Below, one piece after another: positions 18,222 through 29,105 of a stretch of DNA of 38,982 nucleotides. Made by a program: the position numbers and the translations under genes. The stretch comes from Alistipes sp. (GTDB lineage Bacteria > Bacteroidota > Bacteroidia > Bacteroidales > Rikenellaceae), in the NCBI GenBank assembly GCA_045654145.1, contig JAZOMS010000002.1:1-38982 (forward strand), given 5' to 3'. Each line of letters begins with the position of its first letter. Position 1 is the first letter of the stretch. The notes below the pieces were generated by a model. The model ran no database searches. It had not been told where the DNA came from and was given only the letters and a program-made list of their open reading frames with translations.

Positions 18222-19832
18222 ATGTCTTTTAGAACTCTTGCCGAGATGCTCAAACAGAGCGTCGAGAAGTATTCCGACTTGATGTGCTCGCAGATGCTTG
18301 GCAACACGAAAATGACCTTCAAAGAGCTCGGCGAACGCGTCGAGAAGGTGAAACAGCTGCTCGTGGGTGCAGGTTTGAAGCAGGGCGATAAGGTCGCTCT
18401 GTACAGTTCGAGCCACTCGAATTGGGCAGTCTGCTATATGGCAACCGTGTCGGCTGGTATGGTTATCGTTCCCATTCTTCCCGATTTCTCGGAAGTTGAA
18501 CTCGAAAAGATCCTTGAACACTCGGAGGCTAAGGCACTCTGCGTGTCGGATAAACTCTACACCAAAGTGTCGAAAGAGCGTGTGGCGAAGTCGAATATCG
18601 TCATCCGCACCAAGAACCTCAGCGTGTTGGCGCAGAACGTCAATGAGCAGGGCTCGATGGCTGAGCCTCAGCCTGAGGATCTGGCTGCAATCATCTACAC
18701 CTCAGGCACAACCTCGTCGCCAAAGGGTGTGATGCACACCCACCAGAGCCTCTGCTCGCAGTTGCATCTGTTGCAGAATCTCTATCCGATCCATCGCGAC
18801 GATGTGTGGCTCTCGGTGCTGCCTCTGTCGCACACCTACGAGTGCTCGCTGGGTATGTTGTTCCCGATGTCGCGCGGTTCGAATGTGACCTATCTCGATC
18901 GTCCGCCCACGGTGTCGGTGCTGTTGCCTGCATTGAAGCAGGTGCGCCCCACGATTATGCTGATCGTACCGCTGATTATCGAGAAGATATTCAAGCATCA
19001 GGTGCTCGCAACCTTCAATTCGAAGGCGGTGTTGCGCACGCTCTATGGTTGGGGCTTTACGCGCCGAATGTTGCACCGTATGGCTGGTAAGAAACTCATC
19101 AAGGTATTTGGTGGTCGTGTTCGTTTCCTCGGTATCGGTGGTGCTAAACTCGATCCGCAGGCTGAGCAGTTCCTGCTGGATGGCAAGCTGAACTACGCTA
19201 TCGGCTATGGTTTGACCGAGACCGCTCCGCTGATTGCAGGTGCACTGCCCGGCTTGACCCGTCTGGGTTCGACAGGTCCTGCAATGCAGGGTGTTGAGGT
19301 GCGCCTCGACAACATCAACGAGAAGGGTGAGGGTGAGCTGGTGGCTAAGACTCCTTGCGTAATGAAGGGCTACTACAAGAATCCTGAGGCTACGGCCGAG
19401 GTCTTCACCGAGGATGGCTGGTTCCGCACACGCGACATAGCAACGATTGCTGACGATGGCTACATCTCGATCAAGGGTCGTGTCAATAGTATGATCGTTG
19501 GTCCCAGCGGTGAAAATATCTATCCTGAGGAGATCGAGCACGTGATCAATAGCAACTCGCTGGTGGCTGAGTCGATCGTTACGATGGAGGAGGGTCGTCT
19601 TATCGCCCTCGTGAACTTCAACCGTGAGGAGTTGGAGCGTCGCTATCTCGATCTCAAAGACAATCTCTCGGAGAAGATGGAGGAGGTCAAGAAGGAGGTG
19701 ATGCAGTACGTCAACTCGCAGGTGAACAAGTTCTCGCGTATTTCGGAGGTTGAGGAGGTTGAGGAGTTCCAGAAGACCCCTTCGATGAAGATCAAGCGTT
19801 TCCTTTACAACAACCGCAAGAAGCAGAAGTAG
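18222..19832 (+). CDS. Long-chain fatty acid--CoA ligase (AMP-binding family)
   Basis: IIYTSGTTSSPKG, LPLSHTYE, GYGLTET, MKGYYKNPEAT, ENIYPEEIE. Confidence 0.9.
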   Translation: MSFRTLAEMLKQSVEKYSDLMCSQMLGNTKMTFKELGERVEKVKQLLVGAGLKQGDKVALYSSSHSNWAVCYMATVSAGMVIVPILPDFSEVELEKILEHSEAKALCVSDKLYTKVSKERVAKSNIVIRTKNLSVLAQNVNEQGSMAEPQPEDLAAIIYTSGTTSSPKGVMHTHQSLCSQLHLLQNLYPIHRDDVWLSVLPLSHTYECSLGMLFPMSRGSNVTYLDRPPTVSVLLPALKQVRPTIMLIVPLIIEKIFKHQVLATFNSKAVLRTLYGWGFTRRMLHRMAGKKLIKVFGGRVRFLGIGGAKLDPQAEQFLLDGKLNYAIGYGLTETAPLIAGALPGLTRLGSTGPAMQGVEVRLDNINEKGEGELVAKTPCVMKGYYKNPEATAEVFTEDGWFRTRDIATIADDGYISIKGRVNSMIVGPSGENIYPEEIEHVINSNSLVAESIVTMEEGRLIALVNFNREELERRYLDLKDNLSEKMEEVKKEVMQYVNSQVNKFSRISEVEEVEEFQKTPSMKIKRFLYNNRKKQK

Positions 19833-19860
19833 AGATCTCTAATTCACGATTCATAATTTG

Positions 19861-19888
19861 AGCCGCACTTTCGGGTGCGGCTTTTTTC
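19861..19888 (+). terminator. Intrinsic terminator of the acyl-CoA ligase gene
   Basis: AGCCGCACT ttcg GGTGCGGCT plus T-run. Confidence 0.85.
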
Positions 19889-19912
19889 TTCTAATTAATA
19901 TCTAATAATCGC

Positions 19913-19941
19913 AAAAAAAGGGCTGCGTCTTTACGCAGCCC
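19913..19941 (-). terminator. Intrinsic terminator of eno
   Basis: GGGCTGCGT cttt ACGCAGCCC preceded by A7 on plus (U-tract on minus). Confidence 0.85.
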
Positions 19942-19966
19942 CTCGTTATTTCGAAAGCAAATCGAA

Positions 19967-21268
<1,302 letters not shown>

Positions 21269-21320
21269 TTAATAAGTTATTATATGTGCTTGTTTTCGTA
21301 TTTACATACAATTTGCGTTG

Positions 21321-21328
21321 CAAATTTA
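21321..21328 (-). promoter_or_regulatory. -7 promoter element for eno
   Basis: TAAATTTG on the minus strand. Confidence 0.6.
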
Positions 21329-21366
21329 CGGTTTTCTTCCGAATCTCAAAAATAATTTTCGCCCAA

Positions 21367-22527
21367 TCACTCACCTTTATACATTTTATCCACTATAACC
21401 GTTACTGCGCCGTCGCCCGTAACGTTTGTGGCGGTGCCGAAACTATCCATTGCGATGTAGAGTGCGATCATCAAACCGATCTGCATTTCGTCGAATCCGA
21501 GCATCGATTGCAGCACTCCTATGGCTGCCATAATTGCGCCTCCCGGCACACCTGGTGCAGCCACCATCGTTACCCCCAGCATAGCGATAAAGGCCGACAT
21601 ATCGAGCAGCGAGATACTATCGCCCGTGAGCATCATAATTGCCATTGCGCAAGCGACGATCTTCATCGTGCTACCCGACAGATGGATCGTAGCGCACAGA
21701 GGCACGGTGAACGAAGCCAGCTCGGGTCGCACACCAAGTTTGAGAGTCTGTTCAAGTGTTACGGGAATTGTGGCTGCCGACGACTGCGTACCGAGTGCGG
21801 TGAAGTAGGCGGTCAGCATCGTGCGTAACATCTTGAAGGGGTTCTTCTTGGCTACCACGCCTGCGATCGAGAACTGCACGACGAGCAGAAGCACGGTCAG
21901 GGCAAAGATCAGTACGATCAATTTGAGGAAGACGCCCATAATTGCCGCCACCTGTCCCGATACGGTGATTTGCAGGAAGATACCGAAGATATAGAGCGGC
22001 AAGAGCGGTATGATGATGCCCGTAATGACCGTGGTGATAATCGCCTTAAATTCGTCGAACGCGCTTTTGATGGTCTTGGCCTCGCAGTAGGCGATGCCCA
22101 AACCCATCACAAACGAGGCTATCAGCGCACTCATTACGCTCATCAGCGGTGGCATTTCGACCGTGAAGTAGGGCGCGAGGGCGGCAGTCTGCTCACCCAG
22201 GTCGGGTAGCTCGGCACCGCGCAGCAGGGTGGGGTAGATCGCCTCGCACGCACCGTAGGTCATAAATCCCGACATCAGCGTGAAGGCGTATGCCAGCAGT
22301 GCCGTGATTGCCAGCAGACGACCCGCACTACGTCCCAGATCGGCGATACCAGGAGTAACCAATCCGATGATCAGCAACGGAATGATGAATGATAGGAAAT
22401 TGCCGAATAGGGAATTGAACGTCAGAAATATGCGGGTGAGCGCATCGGGAAAGAACAATCCGCAGAGCGTACCGACGAGGATTGCGACAATGATTTTAGG
22501 TAGCAGACCGAGTTTAGGCAATTTCAT
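21367..22527 (-). CDS. Dicarboxylate/amino acid:cation symporter (DAACS, SstT-like)
   Basis: TQSSAATIPV, PLCATIHLSGS, APGVPGG, DSFGTATNVTGD; ATG at 22527. Confidence 0.92.
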   Translation of the reverse strand: MKLPKLGLLPKIIVAILVGTLCGLFFPDALTRIFLTFNSLFGNFLSFIIPLLIIGLVTPGIADLGRSAGRLLAITALLAYAFTLMSGFMTYGACEAIYPTLLRGAELPDLGEQTAALAPYFTVEMPPLMSVMSALIASFVMGLGIAYCEAKTIKSAFDEFKAIITTVITGIIIPLLPLYIFGIFLQITVSGQVAAIMGVFLKLIVLIFALTVLLLVVQFSIAGVVAKKNPFKMLRTMLTAYFTALGTQSSAATIPVTLEQTLKLGVRPELASFTVPLCATIHLSGSTMKIVACAMAIMMLTGDSISLLDMSAFIAMLGVTMVAAPGVPGGAIMAAIGVLQSMLGFDEMQIGLMIALYIAMDSFGTATNVTGDGAVTVIVDKMYKGE

Positions 22528-22599
22528 AGCAATCGTTTTTGATGTTGTTTTGTTGCGAACGTCGTTGAGTGCAGAGTCTTGCGCACAACTCCAATTATA

Positions 22600-22631
22600 C
22601 AAAATTGCTAAAAAAATCTCAAACGTCCAAA
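22600..22631 (-). promoter_or_regulatory. Probable promoter of the symporter
   Basis: TTTG-N20-CAATTTTG on minus, one mismatch to TAnnTTTG. Confidence 0.45.
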
Positions 22632-22702
22632 TGGCGTCAGGGATTTTTGTGCGATTCTGACATCAATTGCGTATCGCGATTGCCCCTCTCGCTATGTGGC
22701 GT

Positions 22703-22746
22703 AAAAAAAAGGGGGTGGAGGGCGACGTCCGTCGGCCTCCACCTTC
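22703..22746 (-). terminator. Intrinsic terminator closing the lipoprotein/beta-barrel operon
   Basis: GGTGGAGG...CCTCCACC stem with A8 on plus (U-tract on minus). Confidence 0.85.
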
Positions 22747-22844
22747 GAGAATAAAAAAGGGAGTGAGAATATTGCCGCTACTTCATCTCGGACAACGCCA
22801 CATTGCGTCCGAGTTCACGACAATGGGGTTATTAATGGTGTACA

Positions 22845-24425
22845 CTAATAGTCGTAATCCAATTCGAACTCATCGACCGTCAGCAACGAGCCGTCGCCAC
22901 CCGTGAAGTAGTCGCCATACTTGCTGGCCGAGATCACGCAGATCATATACTTGGGTTTGCGCGAGGTCGAGCGATACTCGAAGTCAATCTCGAACTGCTT
23001 GTATTCCGACACCACATCGCCCGACTGCAACTGCGCCACGGCGATGATCTTCGGGTCGTTGAAGTCGATCAGCTTGCGGTTGCGGGGGTTGGTGCGCACC
23101 TGTACGGGGGCATCCCAATCGCCGAGCAACATATAGATGTTGCAGGTGTCGTTCTTGCCTTTGAGGTTGAGGTGAGCCAATTCGTCCGAAACTACGTCCA
23201 TCGGTTTGGGTTGATACTTGTACCAACCGCGCAACTTGGTGGGGCGGGTGGTCCACTCGCGACCCATATCGAGGATACCATTTGTGCCGTCGGTCTTGAC
23301 ATATTCACCCGTGTAGAGGTTGCCTGCTGCCAGTTTGATGACGATATACTTGGTTTCTAGGTGCGCAGCCTGACCGTTGGGATTTGCGGGGCAACCGTCA
23401 GCCACGGGGGTTGAGTTGCTTGCACCGACCGATGTGGCGCCCTTGTTGCCTGTATCCCAGAATTTTGTGCCTCCCGCAGCCCACGGATTCCACACCTTGC
23501 CCTCTTGGTGCCAATCGTCGAACGAGCCATTGGGCAGGGGTACTTCGGCCTCGGTGGTGAATGTACCCACCTCCGTAACCTCCGAGTTGCAGTAGGCGTA
23601 ATATTCGTATTCGGTCAGCGGTTGCAAGCCTTTGATGCAGCCCTTGAACGAGCCACTCGACGATGAGGTGATCTGCTCATCGGGCAGGTCGGTCCACTCT
23701 TCCGAGCCCTTCACGCGATACATAAAACCATTCTCGGCACCTGCCACACCGTTGGCTTCGAGCCACGCTACGCGAGTCCAGGCGTCGGCGCTCTTCATCT
23801 CGATCGACGAGAGCGAATTGACCACGTAGATGGTCCAACGCTCGGTTTTGCCATAGTATGCGATGTCAACCTTCTGCTCAGTAGTAAAGTCTGAGAGTGA
23901 GGTGATTGCAGGTTTTTCGGTTGTCAAGTTTGCAGGGCCCAACTTGGCACGCTTGATCTTCACTTTGCTCACATCCGTAGCAGCCGTAACCAGCGTTACC
24001 ACACGGTGGTTGATATAGTCGATGTCGGCATCGCCAATTTGTCCCTCGACCTCGAAGTAGCGCTCGATCTGCTGCTCTGAGCGGATGTTCCACTCATAGT
24101 CTTGATAGAGCGACAAGGTTACGGGCAGAGGTTGCACAAGGTTGATCGGTTGCGAGAGATCGATCGACGACTTGACGGGCTCGCCATCGTTATAGGCCAC
24201 GCTATCGACCTTCACCGCACGCGGATCAGTCAATTCGTCGAGATAGACCGTTACGGTCTGCAACTGTCGATCGATCTTCGGAGCACGTGCTGCACCCTCC
24301 ACCTCGAATGCCGTGAATGTGGCTTGGATTGTAGGCAGTGGGATGTCGTTCTCGATACAGCTCGAAAGCGTTGCCAGAGTGGCTACTATGGTTGCTAAAA
24401 ACGTTAATCGTTTCATAATCTTCAT
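22845..24425 (-). CDS. Surface lipoprotein with Ig-like repeats, an FN3-like domain and a C-terminal PCMD-like (putative carbohydrate-binding) domain
   Basis: Lipobox LSSC-IEND; GLQPLTEYEY; LPNGSFDDW, FWDTGNKG, AAGNLYTG, RPTKLRGWYKY, SASKYGDYFTGG, LTVDEFELDY; start may be 24416. Confidence 0.8.
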   Translation of the reverse strand: MKIMKRLTFLATIVATLATLSSCIENDIPLPTIQATFTAFEVEGAARAPKIDRQLQTVTVYLDELTDPRAVKVDSVAYNDGEPVKSSIDLSQPINLVQPLPVTLSLYQDYEWNIRSEQQIERYFEVEGQIGDADIDYINHRVVTLVTAATDVSKVKIKRAKLGPANLTTEKPAITSLSDFTTEQKVDIAYYGKTERWTIYVVNSLSSIEMKSADAWTRVAWLEANGVAGAENGFMYRVKGSEEWTDLPDEQITSSSSGSFKGCIKGLQPLTEYEYYAYCNSEVTEVGTFTTEAEVPLPNGSFDDWHQEGKVWNPWAAGGTKFWDTGNKGATSVGASNSTPVADGCPANPNGQAAHLETKYIVIKLAAGNLYTGEYVKTDGTNGILDMGREWTTRPTKLRGWYKYQPKPMDVVSDELAHLNLKGKNDTCNIYMLLGDWDAPVQVRTNPRNRKLIDFNDPKIIAVAQLQSGDVVSEYKQFEIDFEYRSTSRKPKYMICVISASKYGDYFTGGDGSLLTVDEFELDYDY

Positions 24426-24428
24426 ATA

Positions 24429-25271
24429 TTATAAATGTAGCGTAATGCCGAGCGAAATGTCCAACAGATTGAGTCGGAAGTTGGCATTCATTGCCGTGCG
24501 CTTGCCGATCATCTCCGCTCTGTCGAAGACGCGCGAATCCGATAGGCGAACGCCTCCGATACCTACCGAGGCGTGCATACTCACATTATTCATAATGCAG
24601 ACCGCAACGCCCGGGTGGAAGGTGATGCCCACTTGGCGGTTTTTGGTATATTGGTCGAGCGTGCTCTTGCCGTAGCTAAACTCATTGCGACCGAACGAGA
24701 ACTCGACACGTGTTTCGTTGTAGAGCGCAAAGCGTCCGCGCAGATCCAATCCGATATAGGCTCGGTGGAAGAGTGCTCCTGCGTAGCTGCGTTGCACGAG
24801 ATCGACGTTGCTTAGCGTGAAGGTATAGTCTTCGTTATCACCCGCTTGGAGTGATACGTTATCGACCCTGCCTCGTGTCAGCTGGTAGGCAAATCGACCT
24901 CCGAGAACCTGATTCTGGGCATAGCTCACACCGACGAAGGGCGAGATGCGAGTCATCGAGCACTCGGCCTGCAAACCGTCGATCATCAGCATAAATTGGC
25001 TGTCGTCGCTATCGAGCTGAGCATACGAGAGCGTTGCACCGGCCAGCACCTGCCCCTTGGGGATGAACAGATATTGGTAGATGCCACGATCGATGCGCGC
25101 CCCCTCGGACGGTACGCGGATGACGCGCGAGGCCGAATCGGCGAGCTGAGCCTTCGTTCTCTTTATGGGAGCAACGGCTACCGAATCAGCCACGGTGGTG
25201 GTTGCGGCAGCGCTCGTTGCCACAAAGAGGCTGACGAGTAGCAGATATGTTATCTTTTCGATAAATCTCAT
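24429..25271 (-). CDS. Outer-membrane beta-barrel protein, paralog 2
   Basis: SPI signal peptide, amphipathic strands, C-terminal strand ISLGITLHL; aligns by eye with the neighbouring gene; ATG at 25271. Confidence 0.72.
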   Translation of the reverse strand: MRFIEKITYLLLVSLFVATSAAATTTVADSVAVAPIKRTKAQLADSASRVIRVPSEGARIDRGIYQYLFIPKGQVLAGATLSYAQLDSDDSQFMLMIDGLQAECSMTRISPFVGVSYAQNQVLGGRFAYQLTRGRVDNVSLQAGDNEDYTFTLSNVDLVQRSYAGALFHRAYIGLDLRGRFALYNETRVEFSFGRNEFSYGKSTLDQYTKNRQVGITFHPGVAVCIMNNVSMHASVGIGGVRLSDSRVFDRAEMIGKRTAMNANFRLNLLDISLGITLHL

Positions 25272-25286
25272 TTGCACAACGTACGA

Positions 25287-26024
25287 TTACAGGTAGAAAG
25301 CAATACCCAGCGCGATGGAGAAGATGTTGATCTTGAAGTTCATCTGCGATGAGCGACGATAGCCGACATATACCTGATCGGTAACCTGCTTTGTATGGGT
25401 GTAGTTGAAACCGAGCACACCCACGTTCACCTCAGCTGCAATGCTGTTGTTGATGAAGGCTACAAGACCAGGCGAGCAGCCGATTGCAAAGTCGTGGGTG
25501 GTTTCGTAGGTGCCCGTTATAGCGTTGCCACTGCTATCGACCAACTTCGATTGTCCGTAGCCGTACGAGAGCTGCATCTCGTTGAACAGAGCGAAACGCT
25601 TGCTCTGACCCAATGTGATGTAGTAGCGATAGATGGCGCTACCGGTCGAGGTGTGTTTCAGGCTGTAATAGTCCGAAATGCCCAGATTCAACTCCTCGCC
25701 CAGATTCAGATCGGCATTGTTGATTTTGAGCAACTGACGGTTGTAGCCACCACGCAGACCAAGCGCCATATTATCCTTGATGGCGTAGGCGAACATCGGG
25801 CTGACCTTGAAGTTGTAACCCGTCGAGTTGATATCTTCGATCACCAAGAACTTGTAGTTCTCGTTGTCGTGAGTCGAGTATGAAACATTGCCGCCCACGA
25901 TCCACTGTCCCTTCGGAACGAAGACCGTAGCGTTGGTCTCGATACCGCGATCGAAATGCTGTGCGCGGGCACCCAGCGTGCCCGCTGCAATCAGCATTAT
26001 TGATAGAAAAAGCTTTCTAAACAT
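25287..26024 (-). CDS. Outer-membrane beta-barrel protein, paralog 1
   Basis: Signal peptide ending ARA-Q, VPKGQWIVGGNVSY, FKVSPMFAY, C-terminal strand IALGIAFYL. Confidence 0.75.
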   Translation of the reverse strand: MFRKLFLSIMLIAAGTLGARAQHFDRGIETNATVFVPKGQWIVGGNVSYSTHDNENYKFLVIEDINSTGYNFKVSPMFAYAIKDNMALGLRGGYNRQLLKINNADLNLGEELNLGISDYYSLKHTSTGSAIYRYYITLGQSKRFALFNEMQLSYGYGQSKLVDSSGNAITGTYETTHDFAIGCSPGLVAFINNSIAAEVNVGVLGFNYTHTKQVTDQVYVGYRRSSQMNFKINIFSIALGIAFYL

Positions 26025-26045
26025 AGATGTTCTTCGTAAAAAGTG

Positions 26046-27824
26046 TTACTCGGTAACAACATTCTCGTCGTAGATCAACTCGAAATCATCGACCCAGAGG
26101 GTACTGTTCGAACTACCGGTCAGATAGTCACCCAGCTTCGACGATGCACACGAGATGATGATATGGGTCGGACGGCGGTTGGTATCCTTGTACTTCAAAC
26201 GGATAACTGCCTCGGTCCAATCAGTGATGTTCTCGCCCTTGACCAACTCGCCGTAAGCAATCACAGCATCGTCATTGGGATTGAACAAAGTCGAGTGGTC
26301 GGTTGTATTGACCTGTACGGGGCTTTCGACCGTACCGCCATAGGTTTTGTAATCCCAATCGCCCAGCGCAACATAGATGTGGCAACGGTCGGGATCGCCC
26401 ACTGCGTGCGGAGTATCGTCGTCAGCCGGACCGCCCTCGTTGTGGGTAATTGCGCCGCAGGTGTATTTGTAATCGACCTTCAATGCCGACGGACGAGCCG
26501 TGAACGGACGACCGAAATTAACCTTACCACCACTTGTGCCGACAGTAGAAACGAACGAGCCCGAGAACAGGTTGCCCGGTGCAACCTTATTGATGGTCAG
26601 AATCTTGATCTGCTTACCGCTCAACTTCGCCGACTTGGTACCCTCGGTGTAGGTGGTAGCATCGCTCTCGCTGATAACCAGACCTGCCATATCGGCAGCT
26701 TTGTTACCATTACCCCACCACGCGGTGCCGCCCGATGCGTAGGGCATAGGCCAGCCCTCGCCTGTGTTCCAATCCTCCATACCTGCGTTAGGAATGGTCG
26801 AGATGTAGTCGGTGGTGAAAGTCTTCGACGAGCCGATAGCCTCGCCATTGACAACCAACTGATACTCATACAGAGTCTCGGGAGTCAGACCTGCTGCAAC
26901 AACCGAGAACAGATTGTCGCCTGCCTTCGTAGCCTCGATTACGGTCCACTCCTCCGAGCCCTGAGCGCGCACCTGAATTGCGATGCCCTCGCTGCCGAAC
27001 TCGCTCTCCGAAACGTTTGCTTTCAGCGTAGCGTGGGTAGCCCAAACATCCCATTTGCCTACGGCTGCAACGCCCGTAGGATCGGCCTCGAAGATGATGT
27101 TGTCGTCAATATCCTCAGTGCTCTTAACCACTGCGATGTCGAATGACAGATCACCCTCGGGAGTACCCTTAGTATAGGTGAAAGTCAGGGTATATTTCTT
27201 GCCCTTCTCGACGCCCTCGATCGAGCCGGTCTTGGTGAACGCACCATACTTAACGTGCGTACCCGAGAACTGCCACTGCAATGCGGTGGTGCTCTTATCG
27301 AGAGTGAAGTAGCCGACCGATGCGGTCGATGCATCGAAGGTCAGTGCTTTCTCAGTGCTCAATTCGCCACCAACCTGAGCCTCGTAAGCCGAGAATTGGT
27401 CGGCAATTGTAGCGTCGAAAGCAACGGCCGCAATGACGTTGTTCACGCGGCACTCGATGCTGACGGTGGTGGTTGCACCTGCGCTGATAGTGAATGCCTT
27501 AGAACCTTTGTAGGTCTTATCGACGAACGATGCAGCGCTCTCAGTTCCTGCCAAAACATCGCAACGATAGTCGCCCGAAACCAACCACATCTTCGAGGGG
27601 ACAGCGTCGATACCCTCGTAGGTACGGATCAGACCCTCCGAGTTGTAGATATTGATGATGCAGTTCTCGGCCAGCTCCTCGGCCGTAGCACGGGTTTGCT
27701 CATCGAAGAGCACTCTGAGCGAGAACTCGCCCTGCCCCTCCACGGGGCTATTATCCTGATTGCACGAAGTCGCACCGAAGGCTACGGCAAGACCAAGCGC
27801 AATGTAAGTTATGATCTTTTTCAT
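26046..27824 (-). CDS. Lipoprotein: DUF4493/pilin-like N-terminus, FN3-like domain, PCMD-like domain
   Basis: Lipobox ATSC-NQDN, QTR-A, ASF..TYKGSKAFTI, GLTPETLYEY, IPNAGMEDW, PGNLFSG, RPSALKVDYKY, SSKLGDYLTG, LWVDDFELIY. Confidence 0.78.
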   Translation of the reverse strand: MKKIITYIALGLAVAFGATSCNQDNSPVEGQGEFSLRVLFDEQTRATAEELAENCIINIYNSEGLIRTYEGIDAVPSKMWLVSGDYRCDVLAGTESAASFVDKTYKGSKAFTISAGATTTVSIECRVNNVIAAVAFDATIADQFSAYEAQVGGELSTEKALTFDASTASVGYFTLDKSTTALQWQFSGTHVKYGAFTKTGSIEGVEKGKKYTLTFTYTKGTPEGDLSFDIAVVKSTEDIDDNIIFEADPTGVAAVGKWDVWATHATLKANVSESEFGSEGIAIQVRAQGSEEWTVIEATKAGDNLFSVVAAGLTPETLYEYQLVVNGEAIGSSKTFTTDYISTIPNAGMEDWNTGEGWPMPYASGGTAWWGNGNKAADMAGLVISESDATTYTEGTKSAKLSGKQIKILTINKVAPGNLFSGSFVSTVGTSGGKVNFGRPFTARPSALKVDYKYTCGAITHNEGGPADDDTPHAVGDPDRCHIYVALGDWDYKTYGGTVESPVQVNTTDHSTLFNPNDDAVIAYGELVKGENITDWTEAVIRLKYKDTNRRPTHIIISCASSKLGDYLTGSSNSTLWVDDFELIYDENVVTE

Positions 27825-27838
27825 AGTCGTAGGTTTGA

Positions 27839-29068
27839 TTATGCATTAACTTTCATCTTGATAGTGGTCGATGTGGTGTTGCCCTCGGCATCGGTGATCT
27901 TCAAAGTGAACGAGTGAGTACCAGGGAAGCCCATCAGCGGGGTTACTGCGCCCGAGAGGTCGAATGCAGTCTCGGTCTTGCCAACGAGGTTAGCGCCGTA
28001 GGGCAGACCAAACATATTACAGATCGAGATCTGAGCCTCGCTCGGATTGACCAGATCGATCGGCGAGATGCCCATTGACAGAACGTCGTTGTTGAAGTCG
28101 GCATTGTCCGATGCGATATCAACCGACAGACCTGCGATACCCTTCGGAGCCGAGATGGTGAAACCGAGCTGCATACCGTCGGTAACAACGATCGGAGCAG
28201 TGGGGACCGAGCCACCCTTGTAGATTACCTTCGGAGCGTCGGGATTCTCCTCCTCGTCTGAGCCAGCATCGGGGTCGGGACCGATTACCTCCTCGTTCAC
28301 CTCGACATTGTTAGCCAACTCCTTCTCGTCGCACCAATCCTCGACAACTACGTCGGAGGTTACGTTACCCTCTTCGTTTGCAACCAAGATGAAGTTGATC
28401 TTGCGCCACTGACCAGCCTTCACGTCGGTGAATGCACGGGTCATAGTCGAGTAGTTGCCATCGACCGTACCGGTGAACTTGACGGTCATTGCGTTCGACA
28501 CCTCAGGAGCAGCGAAGTAGCCATTCTGCGACTCGTTCTTGGCGAAATTCAGTGCACCATCGCCGATCTCAACCAATACATTCGCATCGTCGCCCAGAAC
28601 AGCGGCCATTGCCTCGTTGTAGCCAACCGAAACCTTGATATTGATCAACTTGCAGGTGATCACGCCCAGGTCGGTAGTCTGATCCTCCTCGATGATGATG
28701 TTGTTGACAGTTGCGCCATATACCGGAGCCTCGAACTCGGCCGAGGGGATCTGAGCCTGCGACTGAACAGTCATCGAGTAGGTACCCGTGGTGAGCACGA
28801 TGCTCTCGGGCATCTGACCATAGATATAATCCTCGCCAACCTGATCGCCATTGGCGTCGAAGATGCGGATAACATAGTTGTAGTTCGCCGAAGTGGCAGC
28901 ACGTCCGATGATCTCGATGTCGGTCGAGGTCTCAACGTCGAATGTCATAAACGACAGTGTGCCTGTAGCACCATCTTTGTCGCCGTAACCGATTTTGTCG
29001 CGCTCGCAACCTACCAAGCCAATGCTCAGTGCGAGAGCTACGGTCGATATGAATTTGAACAGTTTCAT
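27839..29068 (-). CDS. DUF4493-like (pilin-like) lipoprotein with an acidic linker and C-terminal Ig-like domain
   Basis: Lipobox LVGC-ERD, GR-A, LTTGTYSMTV, AEFEAPVYG, ITCKLINIKVSV, GYF. Confidence 0.72.
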   Translation of the reverse strand: MKLFKFISTVALALSIGLVGCERDKIGYGDKDGATGTLSFMTFDVETSTDIEIIGRAATSANYNYVIRIFDANGDQVGEDYIYGQMPESIVLTTGTYSMTVQSQAQIPSAEFEAPVYGATVNNIIIEEDQTTDLGVITCKLINIKVSVGYNEAMAAVLGDDANVLVEIGDGALNFAKNESQNGYFAAPEVSNAMTVKFTGTVDGNYSTMTRAFTDVKAGQWRKINFILVANEEGNVTSDVVVEDWCDEKELANNVEVNEEVIGPDPDAGSDEEENPDAPKVIYKGGSVPTAPIVVTDGMQLGFTISAPKGIAGLSVDIASDNADFNNDVLSMGISPIDLVNPSEAQISICNMFGLPYGANLVGKTETAFDLSGAVTPLMGFPGTHSFTLKITDAEGNTTSTTIKMKVNA

Positions 29069-29105
29069 ATTTCGTGTTTCGTTTTTGTCTGGTTTGTAAT
29101 ATTGA

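Noticed and set aside
22660-22844. Riboswitch or attenuator controlling the amino-acid symporter
   Set aside because: No recognisable aptamer motif; the terminator is explained by the upstream operon, and the symporter has its own near-consensus promoter downstream of it
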